A stretch of 44,452 nucleotides of DNA. Origin: Sphacelaria rigidula. Lineage: Eukaryota. The translations under genes were made by a program, and so were the position numbers. Below are positions 11,968-24,489 of the stretch, in pieces. The stretch is taken from positions 1 through 44,452 of the forward strand of contig CAXNAA020000006.1 in NCBI GenBank assembly GCA_964200075.2, in the 5' to 3' direction. Under the pieces are notes generated by a model. It searched no databases. It saw nothing but the letters and a program-made list of their open reading frames with translations, and was not told the DNA's origin. How positions within the stretch are numbered: position 1 is the stretch's first letter; the number at the start of each line of letters is the position of its first letter.

Positions 11968-12161
11968 CACGAGGGGCGTGAAGCCACTGCCGGGCTGTCC
12001 CAGCGCCAACCGCCCCATCTCGTCGTACAACATCGTGAAACGAGTACTCTCCTCGGCCTTATCCTGCCCTTCCTCACCGATGGGCACCGTCGGGACTCCG
12101 AGCTTCGCTGCTAATCGCTTACACCGATCTATATCTGTTTTTCGTCGACTTGCGTCACTAC
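11968..12161 (-). CDS. rsmJ: RsmJ-like methyltransferase, exon 2
   Basis: ctcAG|...|GTgagt; GSDASRRKTDIDRCKRLAAKLGVPTVPIGEEGQDKAEESTRFTMLYDEMGRLALGQPGSGFTPLV joins in frame to VDF. Not present in the ORF track. Confidence 0.82.
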
Positions 12162-12808
12162 CTGAGGCAATGTCGAGGAAGCAACAACCGGCGAAACGTT
12201 GTACGTGACTAATCTACTGCGTGGGAGCCATGCGTCCGATCGTGTGCGGCCGTCACGGTACACTGCTGTGATACGTCGTCCACCCTTGTAACAATCGCGG
12301 TAAATTATTATACAGTTATTGCTTGTCCGGGGTGTCAGTCGACAGCTCAAGACTTTTCGGGGCCCTGGGAAACGCTCGAACGGCATCATAAGCTACATAA
12401 CACAGCCCGAGGCAACATATACTCGCAAGAGGGAACGCACTGGCGAAGGCATAACATCGTCAGAATGCCCGGCGAGTAGTTGCAGCGGCGATTCATGCCG
12501 TAATTACGAAAATCAAGAGATAATAGAAGGCCTCGCTTTGAAGATCCTTCGGAAACATCCTACAACCCTAGCAGAGTAATGTTCACAGTTGCATAGGATC
12601 TAGGCGTTGCACGGTGGACAACGACTTCTGCATGGCGACTTGTATCTCGTGGTGAGGCTCGTACACTGCCGGTACATTCTCAACACCAGCTACTGCAGAC
12701 ATGCTTGCTATTATAGTGTAATGATTCAACGGACTTTCTTCTTGTTCCTGTTCTTCAATTTACTCTGTTTCTCTGTTCTATTTTTTTTTTTCCCATGTGA
12801 CCACGGCT

Positions 12809-13151
12809 GGATCCCTGGGGGATCAGGTAAAGCAGGGCTCTTTACGGTACACGCCACAAAGTTCGTTACACGTCACAAGTTAAGCTAGGCTGGTAATACG
12901 GTGGGGGCCTACGTGGTCCCCCACCGTAGTACTAGCCAGGTCCGACGCTTAATTTGATTTGACTTGACTTGACTTTCCATAGGGCTCCGCGTGTGACGAA
13001 TTTTGTGACTTGTAACGTCAAGTTGTGACGTGTAACGTAGAGAGCGACAATCAACCAATCAATCCCCATTTTTCGTGAGCGAGCGTTTCAACTTTTTTTA
13101 CCTTGGGTGCGTCTATCTTGTGATAACGGTTGGGTCCCTGGGGGGTCAGTT
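12809..13151. repeat. Structured repeat-like segment (hairpin inside inverted repeats inside direct repeats)
   Basis: GC-rich hairpin 12888-12937; 15-bp perfect inverted repeat CGTTACACGTCACAA (12864-12878 / 13024-13038); direct repeat GGRTCCCTGGGGGRTCAG at 12809 and 13132; short (GACTT)n. Confidence 0.6.
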
Positions 13152-16100
13152 AATGTGCAACAATCATCCATCCAAACAGAGCAAAAATGCTGCCGCGCGG
13201 ACACACACGGTGTGAGTGTCCAGCGTTACGCCTGATGTAGTGCCACGTTTGAAACCACGATTTCAAAAACAAGACGCAGCGAAGTGAGCAGACTCGATCA
13301 AGTGTGAGATCACAAGTAACAATGTTTCCGTGAGATTGGGAGTCCAGGATACGATTGAGAGTGAGAAGCGTTCAATTAATGAATAAAATGTTTCACTTCC
13401 CAAGTGCCCGTTCAGGAGGCCCGATGCATATTCGGTAGCAGCTAGTCACTGAAGCCGTCGATATCCTCATCAAGGATATCGACGTGTAGCTGTAAGTACA
13501 CGTCAGCGTTACAGGCAAAGAAGAGCACACACAAAGCGAAAAATTGGCCAAGTCAGAGCGAATAATGAAACTCACTCTGAATCAACGTTGAACTCCCAAT
13601 CTCACAAAAATATTGTTAAATATGCTGAAACGAAGTTATAGAACACATCCATATCTACCCAAAGAAAGACCTCTCGCTCAATCCTACCCACCGCAGCGCA
13701 CGATCTAGCGATGGATCCTTTCCAAAAGTTGGCAGAACAGATGCACCTTGTACAAGAACGGCGATCACTTTCCACTCGGGCATCTGATACACAAGCGCAA
13801 CGGCGTATCATGATAGGGATTACGGCACTGGTGGATGTGCGTCTCGGATATCCATAACAAGTGGGTTCGCCTCACTAGGTGCGTGTGTGTGGAGTGCTGC
13901 GTAAAGAAACTGCCAACTCTGTGCGGGGTGTTTGAGCACAGTAGATGCAGTCGAAACGACTACAAAAAGCAACACAATAAGCACGCTGGTTTTTCGCCGC
14001 ACACGGCTCTTGCTCTCTCGGTCTCGTACTACACCCACGGTGTACCTTTTTGCTCTGCGCGGTGCACGCAAGGCAGTCATCACGTCACTCTCGTATTTGC
14101 GTGAGATGTGATGCGTCGATCAGCTTCTTCTCGCGCTTGAAAGACAGCACGACACTGTGCGGCCAGAGCTGGATATACGGGCGATATTTAAAAAAAGACC
14201 AGTCGACAACGCCGTGATGTCCCGACATGTACAAGGGTTGTCTATCTGCTGTTGCGTCGCTTGATTTCGTGGCATGGATGTCACCTCGTCAGACCTTTTG
14301 CATGCCGCTGCTCATGATTCGTAGATGACGTGCATATCTTTGTTCTTCCAACACACCACGGAACGCAAGACACTTCGGCCTTTTGATGTCAGCACAGAGG
14401 TAACCGGAAGGTACATGCCCACGTGCAGTTTCATACTGAGGTCAAGTCAGACGAGATTTTCGAGCAAACTTGTTTACGATTCATCAGACTTCAACCGATT
14501 TGTCTAGTTGACGATTAATACATACACATGAATATATGTATATATATATGCTGATTGGCTTGCATGATGACCGCCTTGAAGACCGTTGAAACCATCTGCT
14601 GAACATATTCTGAGATTTTTCGTCGGGCTCTGCTGGAGTTGGAGCCCCCATATAAACGTTTCGTGGCAAGCTTTTGAGTCTATTGTACCGCAAACTGTAC
14701 ACTTGTGCATGCTACGGGGCTGGTTCAGGTGGCCTGGTTTGCTGTACACACACTATACAGCTGCCCCGAGGACACTGATGTGTAGGTGAACATAGCCTGC
14801 AGCCCTGAATACGAATAGAGCATGGGATGGACAAGACGCAGGAGCATAACCTGCTTACGCTCATTGCTACTTGATTACAAAATGCATACAAGTAGCTGCA
14901 GATGAAAACCGAACTTCGGTAAGACGAGGAAAAATGCACAGGGATGTCGCAGGTGGAGAAAACTACAGCAGGAGGGTAATTTGGTCCCTCGACTGGGCAA
15001 TGGACTCAGCGCGTCGAAGACAGAGGCGATGAATCTGTTACCTGGGGATGGTACCAACTCATCTTCATCCGCGGTAATCTCTACCTGCGGCATCTCTCCA
15101 TCCTCTTCTTGTAAACTATTGGCGCTAATCTTTCGCTACCGGTCTGCAACTTAAAACTTGGTAGCAATGACCCTAAGCCGGTAAAACCCTCCACCTTTTA
15201 ACCGTCAGGTTGGGTCAACTCGGTCTTCCATTCACCTTCAATGCAAATATAATGCTCATTCAACAGATGATCCACCCTTGCTGCCACTGCTCGACTTTAA
15301 CAACGTTCTGGGCAGTAAAACAAAACCCTGGTGAAGAATGTGGTACATGCGCTCAGAGACTTTTCAGGGTGTAGAATGACTTTGCAAGATCGAATAGCCT
15401 AGTGGATTTTCCGGGAAAACAGCGCTCTAGCTCGAGCGCATCTGAGCAAATGCTCTCTTTGGACGTAGTGCAGGAAAGAGTCGCAGTGTGCGCTTCTGCA
15501 AGCAAATCACAGGTACCTCGCTGACCTAAAGTTAGTATGTAGGCGCACTTCGCACAAACCTGCTAGTGGCTGGCATAAATTACACTCAAGTCTGCCATTC
15601 AACTCTTTAAGCGCCGGGCCTCGTTTCGGTACACTATTTCTGGCTGACCGTCCCGCGGAAGAAGTTCACATAATTTTGTCGTGATCTAACGTTTGGAACA
15701 CTTCGAAGTACAGCACGGTGACCTATCACACTCTTCTCCTGTCTTAGTTGCACTGCACTGCCACCAAGTGCTTGCACGCAAGCGTGCGGCTGCACCGGAA
15801 CGGGGGGGAGTGAAGACTGCACAAATGTCATGCTGGACATACGTTATTAACCTTTACTCGACTTGGCCTTTGACGCCGGGGTGTTGATCTTGGTCATTCA
15901 AATGACAAAATGAATTTCCATCTGTGATAACAGTATGTTGGTTTTAATGTACTTCAATACCACCCACATATTCCAAAATATCGCTCACCTGGCGTAATAT
16001 AGCTTTTTTTATATGAGCAAAAGCTGCCGTTGATGACATTTTTCAGGTGTTCCTCTATCGTCCCCCTGAGCGATCCGGTGGCGAAACTGTTGAAGTGTGT

Positions 16101-16237
16101 CTAGTGATAAACTCCGTTACTGGTAGCAGCAACGTGTAGTAGGGCAAAAACATGCAGTTACCGTGTTCATCATCTGCGGTAGGTAAAGTATCGACCCCTC
16201 AACACAGCAACACTCTGTACTGCCCCCAATGCCGCAC

Positions 16238-16634
16238 CTCCTGTCAAGGCAGGCGTCAGCACCGCCACATGTGGGGATCCTGTTGAACGCGCAATGGCGG
16301 CTGTCCTTGTTGCCTCTTCCGTCTCCGAGGCATGTTTTCCAGCCACACAACGGGTATGGCGTACCCTCTCTATTCGGCAGCATGCCTGATTACCTGGAGA
16401 TCGCCACTGTCGCCGCAACAGCCGCGGCGGCGCCGGTGCTACAGTATGCATTGGCCGAAAGAACGCAACATGTGCGATAAAAGCCGTTGTCGTTGTTGGC
16501 GGTGGTGACCTGAACCGGACGCGGATGCGACGAAGCGAGTGCATCATGATCCCCGCGGCGGCCGCGGTGCGTGCTGTTGGCCAGCAGGCGGTCATACTGA
16601 CTACTGCGGTCCAGGCGGCCACAAGCTTGACCAT
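16238..16634 (-). CDS. rsmJ: RsmJ-like methyltransferase, probable exon 1 with targeting presequence
   Basis: ATG at 16634 with a hydrophobic N-terminus followed by an R/T/P/A-rich, acid-poor segment. The phase-1 donor G|GTgcgg fits the phase-1 acceptor of exon 2. Total CDS is 1545 nt (514 aa). Confidence 0.7.
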
Positions 16635-16968
16635 GTTGTGTTCTCCCCCCGCTCACCACCCGGCAGCTACATGTGTAACCAAGCTGTGCGGACAAGTCGT
16701 GATAAGTACGATGACAACACGCGTTGCAAGCCGACAGACGATGAGAGTTTGATATTAGCTGGGTTGTGATCTTCAGGCAGTGCAGAGGAGTACACAAGGG
16801 CTGCACCTTGCTTGTGTACCCTGATGCGGACACTGACGTATCATTTTCTTTTCGTGCGATACGAGTACGACGTTTCAACATGCGAGCGATCACAGCAGTA
16901 CCGAAACGCCTGCCCTCAACAACTGTGCAAATGAAGTACTGCCATCTTGCTATCGACTATCGACACAG

Positions 16969-17073
16969 ATACAAGATGGACACCAAATCATACCCGTTCC
17001 TGCAGCTGACTCCCAACCATCGCTGGAACGGTTGTGGCTGCAGATGCGGTGGTCTTTGGAGGTTACCATGCAG
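16969..17073 (+). CDS. Tentative 5' exon of the uncharacterised membrane-protein gene
   Basis: cacAG|...CAG|GTacac. Two readings are open: IQDGHQ...SLERLWLQMRWSLEVTMQ (phase 0), or from ATG 16976 ending in phase 2, which fits the acceptor at 23622. The frame is unresolved. Confidence 0.35.
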
Positions 17074-19663
17074 GTACACAACGGCCAAGAGGGCCCTCTC
17101 ACTACAGATCGTGTGAATCACCTCCTCGATTTCACGAAGTACTTCATCACGGGTGAGGGGGGGGCAGCGCGGGGGCAGGGGGGTGGCGGGGGTACAGAGA
17201 TACAATAGATAATGACATTACTATGGTCGGAACTTGAAAAGATTTCTCCCAATCTTTCGAGTAGTTCCACCTTATCGAGATACCTCGAGGGGAAGGTAGG
17301 GGATGGTCTCTCGCAAAGACTCTACCTTGAGTTCACCAACGCCCCATCCCATGAGGCTATGATTTGAAGCCTACTTCTTTCAGCTAATTTCTTATCTAAC
17401 CCTAATCATGTAAACGGGTTATGCAAGGGTCCATCACAGTTGGGGGGTACAGCTCCTTGCAGCCGCTGCAAGAAGATGTGCAGTTTCAGAAACACAATGC
17501 TGTGTGCATCCGCTTGACTCCACTTTTCTGCCGAGCATGTCTTATAAGGGACTAGGAGCTGAGAGATACCTTACCTGGAGAATCTCACTCCCAAATTTCA
17601 CCCGTACGAAGTTGCGCTCTCTCACTGCCGGCTGCCCTTTGATGTCTGAGCTAATTCATGGTTGTGAACGCGGGTCTGAAATGAACGGCGAGTATATTTA
17701 CCGTGGAAAAACACAAAAAAAAACTCGCCACCAGGCTGCCGTTTGACTTGACACCACCACAGAAGCTCGCGAGTATGATAGAAACATGGATATCGCTCGT
17801 CCGCAATGCGGCGTGCGTGTTGAAGAGCTTATTGCCCAAGGAGTACGCCGTGATGAAACCCCTCATGTCCTTTCCGTTGACCTTTCTTGCCGGCGGCGCA
17901 ACGGCAAGCAGCCAGCTGGAGCGATTTACGGGATTGGAAGGATTCATTGGCCTGCTGCAGCTGGCCGGGGCTGGCTTTAACTTGCTCAAGGGAGCCAAGG
18001 TGTATTTATCTCGTGCTGTGACTTTTCCCGTTGCTAGCGGAAACCTTTCGCGGAAACCTTCTCCTGTTTTCAAGTGTGTTTGAATAAAAATCCATTCCCT
18101 TGTCTTGGTGGTGGTGTGGGCGCTTTTCGGAACAGCATCACCAACTGGCGTTCCCCGCCCCCCATAATCCCCGATTCCAAACTTGAGCAGCCCCTCTCCG
18201 GTTTGCAAGCACCGCCTCAATTGACAGCATATCCTTTATTGCGTGTTGCCCAGCCCCCTAGCTTAGTATATAATATTGTTTAAGCCTTAAACAGCGAGCG
18301 TCGCCTCGGAACAGTTTCACAGCCTGACAGTCCAGGAAACTGCGGGGGTATTTCCAGTGGGCGGCGGGGTGGCTTTTGACAGGGGGGTGCCGGCCTGTTC
18401 GCACAATAGCCGGACGGCTCACCAAGTCGACCATGTGTGTTTGGGAGTGTCCCACGGAAAATCTCAAGCCAGGAGTGATGCCCGAGAGGAGCGGAGTGAC
18501 GATTCTGACCAATCACGGCTATCATAATGGTTGAAATGCGAAGAAATGTGCAGTGATTCTCCTATCAATGCGTTTGTGGCTCGCGGGCTGGCAATCCCCA
18601 CCCCTTCCGACCACACTTTCCCTCGCGCCCAACGCGGCCGTCAACGAGAACTTCTACACATATCGACACCACTCGGTTTACATGTGCCGACCCCAGTGGT
18701 CTCAACCCACGTACCCGATCGAGCAGCCTGCGTCGCGGTTGAGAACGGCTTTGACTGAACATGAAGCTCAAGGATTGAAATATCCGCTGTAGGAGTGAAC
18801 GGAGACATCCCAACATATTCCTGGGTGCTGCCTGCGTGCGACGCCGAGGATGCAAAGGAGTTGGTGGTTGATGGAAAGACCTTCGTCCGGAAGTGCCTCT
18901 ACATAATGTTTTTCGGTCTCGGCCGCACCTCTAATTACCCCCATTATATCTCCTTTTCTTGAATCTCTGAACCATCTATTTTCGAATCCAAGTCCAATGT
19001 CTCTCATTTTGTCTCGTTTACAGCCTGGTTCAGGGTGGACTCCCAAATTTACTCCCCCACTATTTCTTACGCGGATTTTGGGAGTCAGACCGTTTCTTAC
19101 GAGTGGGATGTCTCCTTTCCATTTTTGGGACATTTGACACGATTTTTGACCCCTCAAATTGAAAAATCGCCATCACATGTCTTCGACACTTCGCATACCC
19201 CCACCGAGAGAAGTCTAGCCCGTGATTCCGATTCGCTCGCCGCCGAGGTTTCAGGAATGGCCTCTGAACGAATATGGGTCAGAGAAGAAAATGCTGTGTC
19301 TGCGGGTATTTTTATGATGGCGACATGTCCTGTTTGGGGGGCAAAAACCGTGTCAACTGCCCCAAAAATGGAAAATACGCCCCCCCCAAATACCAACCTG
19401 AGGAAGCGGTCTCAGACCTTGAAATTTTGCACACTTGTAATATGGGATGTTGATATATATTTTTTCTTACGCAAGATATCGGGTGTCCCGGGGGTCATAG
19501 GGTCTCGTGGGGTGGAGTTAAAAGGAAATCCAAAGAATCCAATTATCGAAATTTTCGCGGTCCCTAGTACACGTGCAAAAATTCAGGGTTGAACTCCAAA
19601 ACCCACGTGAGAAATCACCCTTATGTGGGGTCAAGTGTAAAATAATTAATCTGCTGAACCCCC

Positions 19664-19710
19664 TGTTGTTGTTGTTGTTGTTGTTGTTGTTGCTGCTGCT
19701 GCTGCTGTTG
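19664..19710. repeat. (TTG)n(CTG)n microsatellite
   Basis: Direct reading; it causes the poly-Leu ORF at 19573. Confidence 0.95.
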
Positions 19711-21309
19711 TTTGTCTTCGCATTAAAAACCGTTCCGATATCTGCGCAGTACTACTGTGTACTGGGCATCTGTGTACCCGTTACTTGACTTATTTTCATA
19801 TCAAACCGACATTCTTCTTGTGCGTTTAGGATTCCTTTAACCGTGAGGGATCAGTTTTTCATGGTACACAGCAAAACTTTGTACGAACGTTCCTTGGACT
19901 ACCTCGGGAAGCATGAATTTGCGTTTTTTTATTTTGAGACAATTTTTACCGGCTTCTGGGGGGTCTTCACGCCGGGAACCCCGGAAGTCAATGGAGACAA
20001 ACAAACTTTGGAATATTCATCAGCCATTTTCTTCTCCATTTGGAGCACCCATATCTCCTAAACCACCCGACTTGAGAATGGTCGGAGCTTTTATACGACG
20101 GGTACAAAGGGAATCGTCACGAGTCTTGCTGGGTCTTTGATCCATATTTTCAGTGAAAATCCGACGACACCAAAACCCCACATCACCGGAGTACCACGGT
20201 TTGGGGTAAAAACTCATCCCATTCAAACCGTTTTCAAATATGTTTCTTGCGTTAGATATCCTAGCTAATGGCGGTTACGAAGGGTTGGAGCATAATGAGA
20301 CAGGGTATGAAGCGCGTATCCTACTCCAAACATCTAAACAGCTCGGAACAGCTAATGACGTGTCCATTATTCCTCCGCGCTATTCGTTTTATTAGCCTGG
20401 CCGCGCATTTCGGTCGTTCACGCTCTCATTCACCGGCATAACAGTCTACTGCTCGCTGCTGATGTCTCTGCTTCGTGTTCCCCAAGAACACTATTTGGGG
20501 TGAAGTATGTTTTGGGAATTCGCATTATCAATTTCAGTGTCGGAACAATTTGAAGGGCGCTGATGGGCCGAGACACATTTTCACTACTAGTGCCCCAGCA
20601 AAGGAGGCGAGAAAAATCTAGCTGTGTCACACCATTCGCTTGCTCGTGGGGGGTCGTGATCGGGTCAGCTTTGCGTTCTGTATCCAGCGAAAAAAAATGG
20701 GCATTCGCCCTGAACCAGGATGCTGTAAGATATATTTTCGTTCCGTGTATTTTCGACCGCAGGTCTAGTTGTTCCCAAATTTCTCATCGTTTTACAGATT
20801 TTTGTTCCATGTATGGTCCCCATGACCCAACACCCCCAAGCCAATCAAAGACCTAGCCCATCCATTGGACCCGTTCATTAAAAACCTCGAACCAACCGAA
20901 AACTCACTTCCCCCCAAACTATATAATATGCTATACGATATAGTGGAAGTGGTGAAGAAGATTAAACAACCTGCTTGATAGACTCTTCTAGTAAATATGA
21001 TGACATGATGAAGACGCCATATTGCGCGGGTAAGGCGTCGGTATGATTTCTGCAGGAGGGAGTGTTATCGGTGGTGGGTGGGTCATACGGGAGTACACTG
21101 AACCCAATCTAGACCCAGATCACCCTTTTACATGCCACTTGAATAGGGCGATCTGACAACCTCCGGCGGTAATGCACGAAGCGAGCTCAAGATGGTAACG
21201 TACGCTCGATATCACATTTGCCCATCTTTGCAGCCACGGGGTTAGCGCGATCGCTTGATGACAGTCCCCGGTGCAACTTCGACTGGACGAGAGCCATGAC
21301 GGAGAACAC

Positions 21310-22420
21310 CAAGCGGTGTCTCGTCCTGTAAATTCCAGTGGCGACCTCCAGTGGCTCATCGTCCACGCCTTCTCAAACAACACACCGCCCTAGTAAAACA
21401 CAGGCAAGCAATGGTCTCTGGCGAGCGGTTGTGGGGTCACCATCACTCATCATCTCCTTTGCACCTCCCCATTCACCGCGTTGCCAGTATTTGTTGTCCG
21501 CTGACCGCCGCACTACTGTATGCAGACAGTCCTGTACTGTCTGTACTGCACGTTGTTCAATTTTTTGTACATTCTAACGCATGCAGACAGTACAGGCAAC
21601 ACTGTACAGACAACACAGTACTCTCTGCGCCGCACGTTGTTCAATATTTGTTCGTAACTGTCAGGGTATGATTCGCACATACCCCGAGGGATTATCAGCC
21701 GAAAATACTGGACCGAAACGAGGCCCTGCGGTCAAGGCGGTCGAGCCCTTCACCGGTCAGTGGTGTGTAGCTGTTGACTAAGCATCATCTTCACGTGGGA
21801 AATGACTTCGAAGACTTGGATCTCCATCTGTGCGCACTAGACGGGTTGACCACTTGACCGCCGGGATGGATCATCTGTGGAATAGGAATCATGATCATTT
21901 CAGAAATCCATGTCAGACCCAGATGACTTGTTCCTGGTAGTCAAGGGGTTACCCCTTTGACCGCAACCCCCCTCGCCGCCCCGCAGGATACATGGTAGGT
22001 ATAAGAGAGTGAAACGAACCGGGGTTGAAGTCATTGTCGTGTGGGGGAAAGTCCCTTCCCTTCCATACACATTGTCCAACATCACCCATGGTCGTGCGAA
22101 TTCCGAAAACTGATGCCGTAAAAGTGATACAGCACGCCTGTGTACATGAGCACATGGATGTTGACGCTTTGTCCGCGAACTTCTTCTCGGAATAGTATTA
22201 CCAGCTGACAATCAAGGGAGTTCCACGTTTTAGGGGGAAGGGCATACGGGCTTCCCGATCGTAAGAGAAGGATTCCCCGATCAAGCTCGCGTGTTGAAGA
22301 CAAAATTCGAGATCGGGCAACAGGCCTGAAGGTGGTGAAATAATCGTGATCATTTTGACGGCTGTGACTCGTGGAATGATCAATTGTGTCCCCTCACCAA
22401 TCTCCCAACATCACCCACTT
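21310..22420 (-). pseudogene. Decayed RecQ-like SF2 helicase relic, probably transposon-borne
   Basis: Motif-like remnants in RecQ order: GEGTQLIIP..ITIISPPSGLLPDL (cf. motifs I/Ia), DVGQCVWKGRDFPP (cf. DEAHCVSQWGHDFRP), VMVTPQPLARD...EFTGRD (cf. motifs V/VI). Many stops and frameshifts. Aligned by eye only. Confidence 0.45.
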
Positions 22421-23621
22421 GCCGGCCAACGTAGATTTGATTGCTTTCTGCTTTTCCTTTAATTGAATTGGGGCGCCTTCCGTTGTTTCGTGCAGGGTCT
22501 GTGCGGTGGCCTCGTGACGGCAGAGTACATCGTCAGGTGAGAAAACAGTAGTATAGTACTTTTGCATGATTCAGAACTCGGCAGTAAGCGAGTGTCTGCG
22601 CTCACTTGAAGTGTTTGTTTTCAGTAGTGTCAATGCAAAGGCCGTGCAAATTTCTGGTTCAAATACAAAATATATGCGTCGATTTTTTCGTACATGTGCG
22701 GAGATGACGCAAACAACCGTAGTACACCCGCTTCGGGGATGGCTCCAGGTACCTCTGTAGTAATATACCGAAATTCATGTGCTACGAGTCCCTCGAGAGA
22801 ATATGGGTTGGATCAAGTTTGGGTAGTCAGCGAAGGGTGATGCCATGCGTAATTTCCTTGATTAACCCAGCGACCACCCGAACCTCTAGCTTGGACACGG
22901 GTTGGACGAACTTGTGGAGGGACTTCAAAGTAATTGCTTTGAGTGGAGAGACAGCACCCAATACATCGTTGCAATGCATATGCGCCGTGTCACAATCGTT
23001 TGGTGCACTAGCAACGACCAGCACTGCAGTGGCTGTCACAGTCCCAAAAAGCAGAAGTGGTAACCGCGCCAGCAGTACATGCTGTCCTTACAAAGATTTT
23101 GGCACAAACAGCGGCATGATGCACGGAAAAACAAAACGTGTACCTGCCTCCCTCATTCACGGCGGAAATGCTGCCGCACATTTTTTTGGCTCTGAGTTGT
23201 AGTTTTGTGGAACGGGCGCCGATCGCCCATGTCCATCCAGCATTCATTCATTAACGTCTCCTGAAGTCCCGCCTCCCCCCCCCCCAACACCTCGGCTCCG
23301 TCTCAAAAGGGATGCGTGGTCAATGGCCAAACGACTAAGGCAAGCAACAAATGAGTACGCCCCCGTCAAACACCTCACTGGAATGTCAGCAAAAAAAATA
23401 TCGTAACAAGCATGGGCGATCAGAGAATTGAGCTGTCCTCGCCAGGTCCAGGTGACGAGGCGATCCAACGATGGCAGAATTTGCCCCCCTGCGCCCCCTT
23501 ACGGGATGAAGGGTGAAGTCACAGTAGTGTGTGTGTTTGTGCGGGAACTCTCGTCCCCCCGCCCCCCCCCGCCACCGCCTCACTCGTCTATGAAATTATT
23601 GATTGCTCTATGCCTGCATAG

Positions 23622-23768
23622 GTGGCGCAACGCACTTGCCGAGTATGACCTAAGCGGCGAGGGTAAGCGAAGAGAAGTGGATATACTCTCCGATGTACTT
23701 GCCCGCCAAGACGACTCGAACAATCGCAGAATTATTCAGGGGATCTGTCAACTCGTCATCGGCACCGG
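23622..23768 (+). CDS. Uncharacterised multi-pass membrane protein, exon
   Basis: catAG|...GG|GTaagc; WRNALAEYDLSGEGKRREVDILSDVLARQDDSNNRRIIQGICQLVIGTG, phase 2/2. Confidence 0.75.
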
Positions 23769-24129
23769 GTAAGCCATGGCACTACGAATGGTGATCGTGG
23801 ATTGGCAAGGTGGTCGTGGAGGACGATATTGATGTGTGTGTCAAGGGGGAGGGGGAGGTTTCTGTGGTGCTTGCAGCCTTGGTCTTAGTCAATTGCTCCC
23901 CGATACCATGGTACATAACAGCTAATAGTCATACAGGTGTGCGGAGAGGGATGCTAAGCGAGTTGAGAGTTGTGGGTAGGCGAATTGACACGCCAAATAT
24001 GGCCAAACATGAAGGATACTTTTTCAGTTGGAGGAGGCGACTCCGGGCCTCCACCCAGGGCTCGGCGTTGAAATTGACAATATCTGCACGCAACCATCCC
24101 CCCCCCCTCCCATCACCCCCTTTGGAAAG

Positions 24130-24445
24130 CACACACAATGAAGTAATAGAAATGGGTAAGGCACAGATAGGCAGGATGGACGTGATCCTCAGAGACTCGC
24201 ACCTAGATACGAGGATTGAGAGACGTATTCTAATTGATGCGATTGTACCAAAGCTAGAATATGCAGAAGTGTGCGAGGGAAACGCGAAGTTGGTGAAGAG
24301 ATTGGAAATAGTACAGATGGCAGCAGCTAAGAAAAAACTTGGATGCTCAAAATCGATGAGTAATAGAGCATTGGAAGCAAAATTGGGAATATACCCACTA
24401 AACAAAACAGAGACATGGGGGAAATTGAAATGGCAATTCACAGGC
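24130..24445 (+). mobile_element. LINE fragment (region just after the RT domain)
   Basis: NEVIEMGKAQIGRMDVILRDSHLDTRI...PKLEYAEVCEGNAK...VQMAAAKK is colinear with 30590-30900. Confidence 0.85.
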
Positions 24446-24489
24446 TGGGCGGCCGAAGACGCGGACAGGATTATTGGCCCGTGATTATC

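Noticed and set aside
14875..15480. Extra rsmJ exon or coding relic
   Set aside because: The frames contain stops and no RsmJ-related sequence, and exons 1 and 2 already join in phase.
20265..20360. Candidate exon LMAVTKGWSIMRQGMKR of the membrane-protein gene
   Set aside because: The acceptor is plausible, but the strong donor at 20305 is phase 1 and does not fit the phase-2 acceptor at 23622. Left uncalled without transcript data.
23290..23365. Possible isolated LINE 3' tail between C-rich runs
   Set aside because: It resembles a retroposon end, but there is no convincing second copy in the window to confirm it.
23810..24484. 224-aa ORF as a host gene
   Set aside because: Chimeric: the 3' half is a LINE fragment homologous to 30590-30900 and the 5' half is unrelated.
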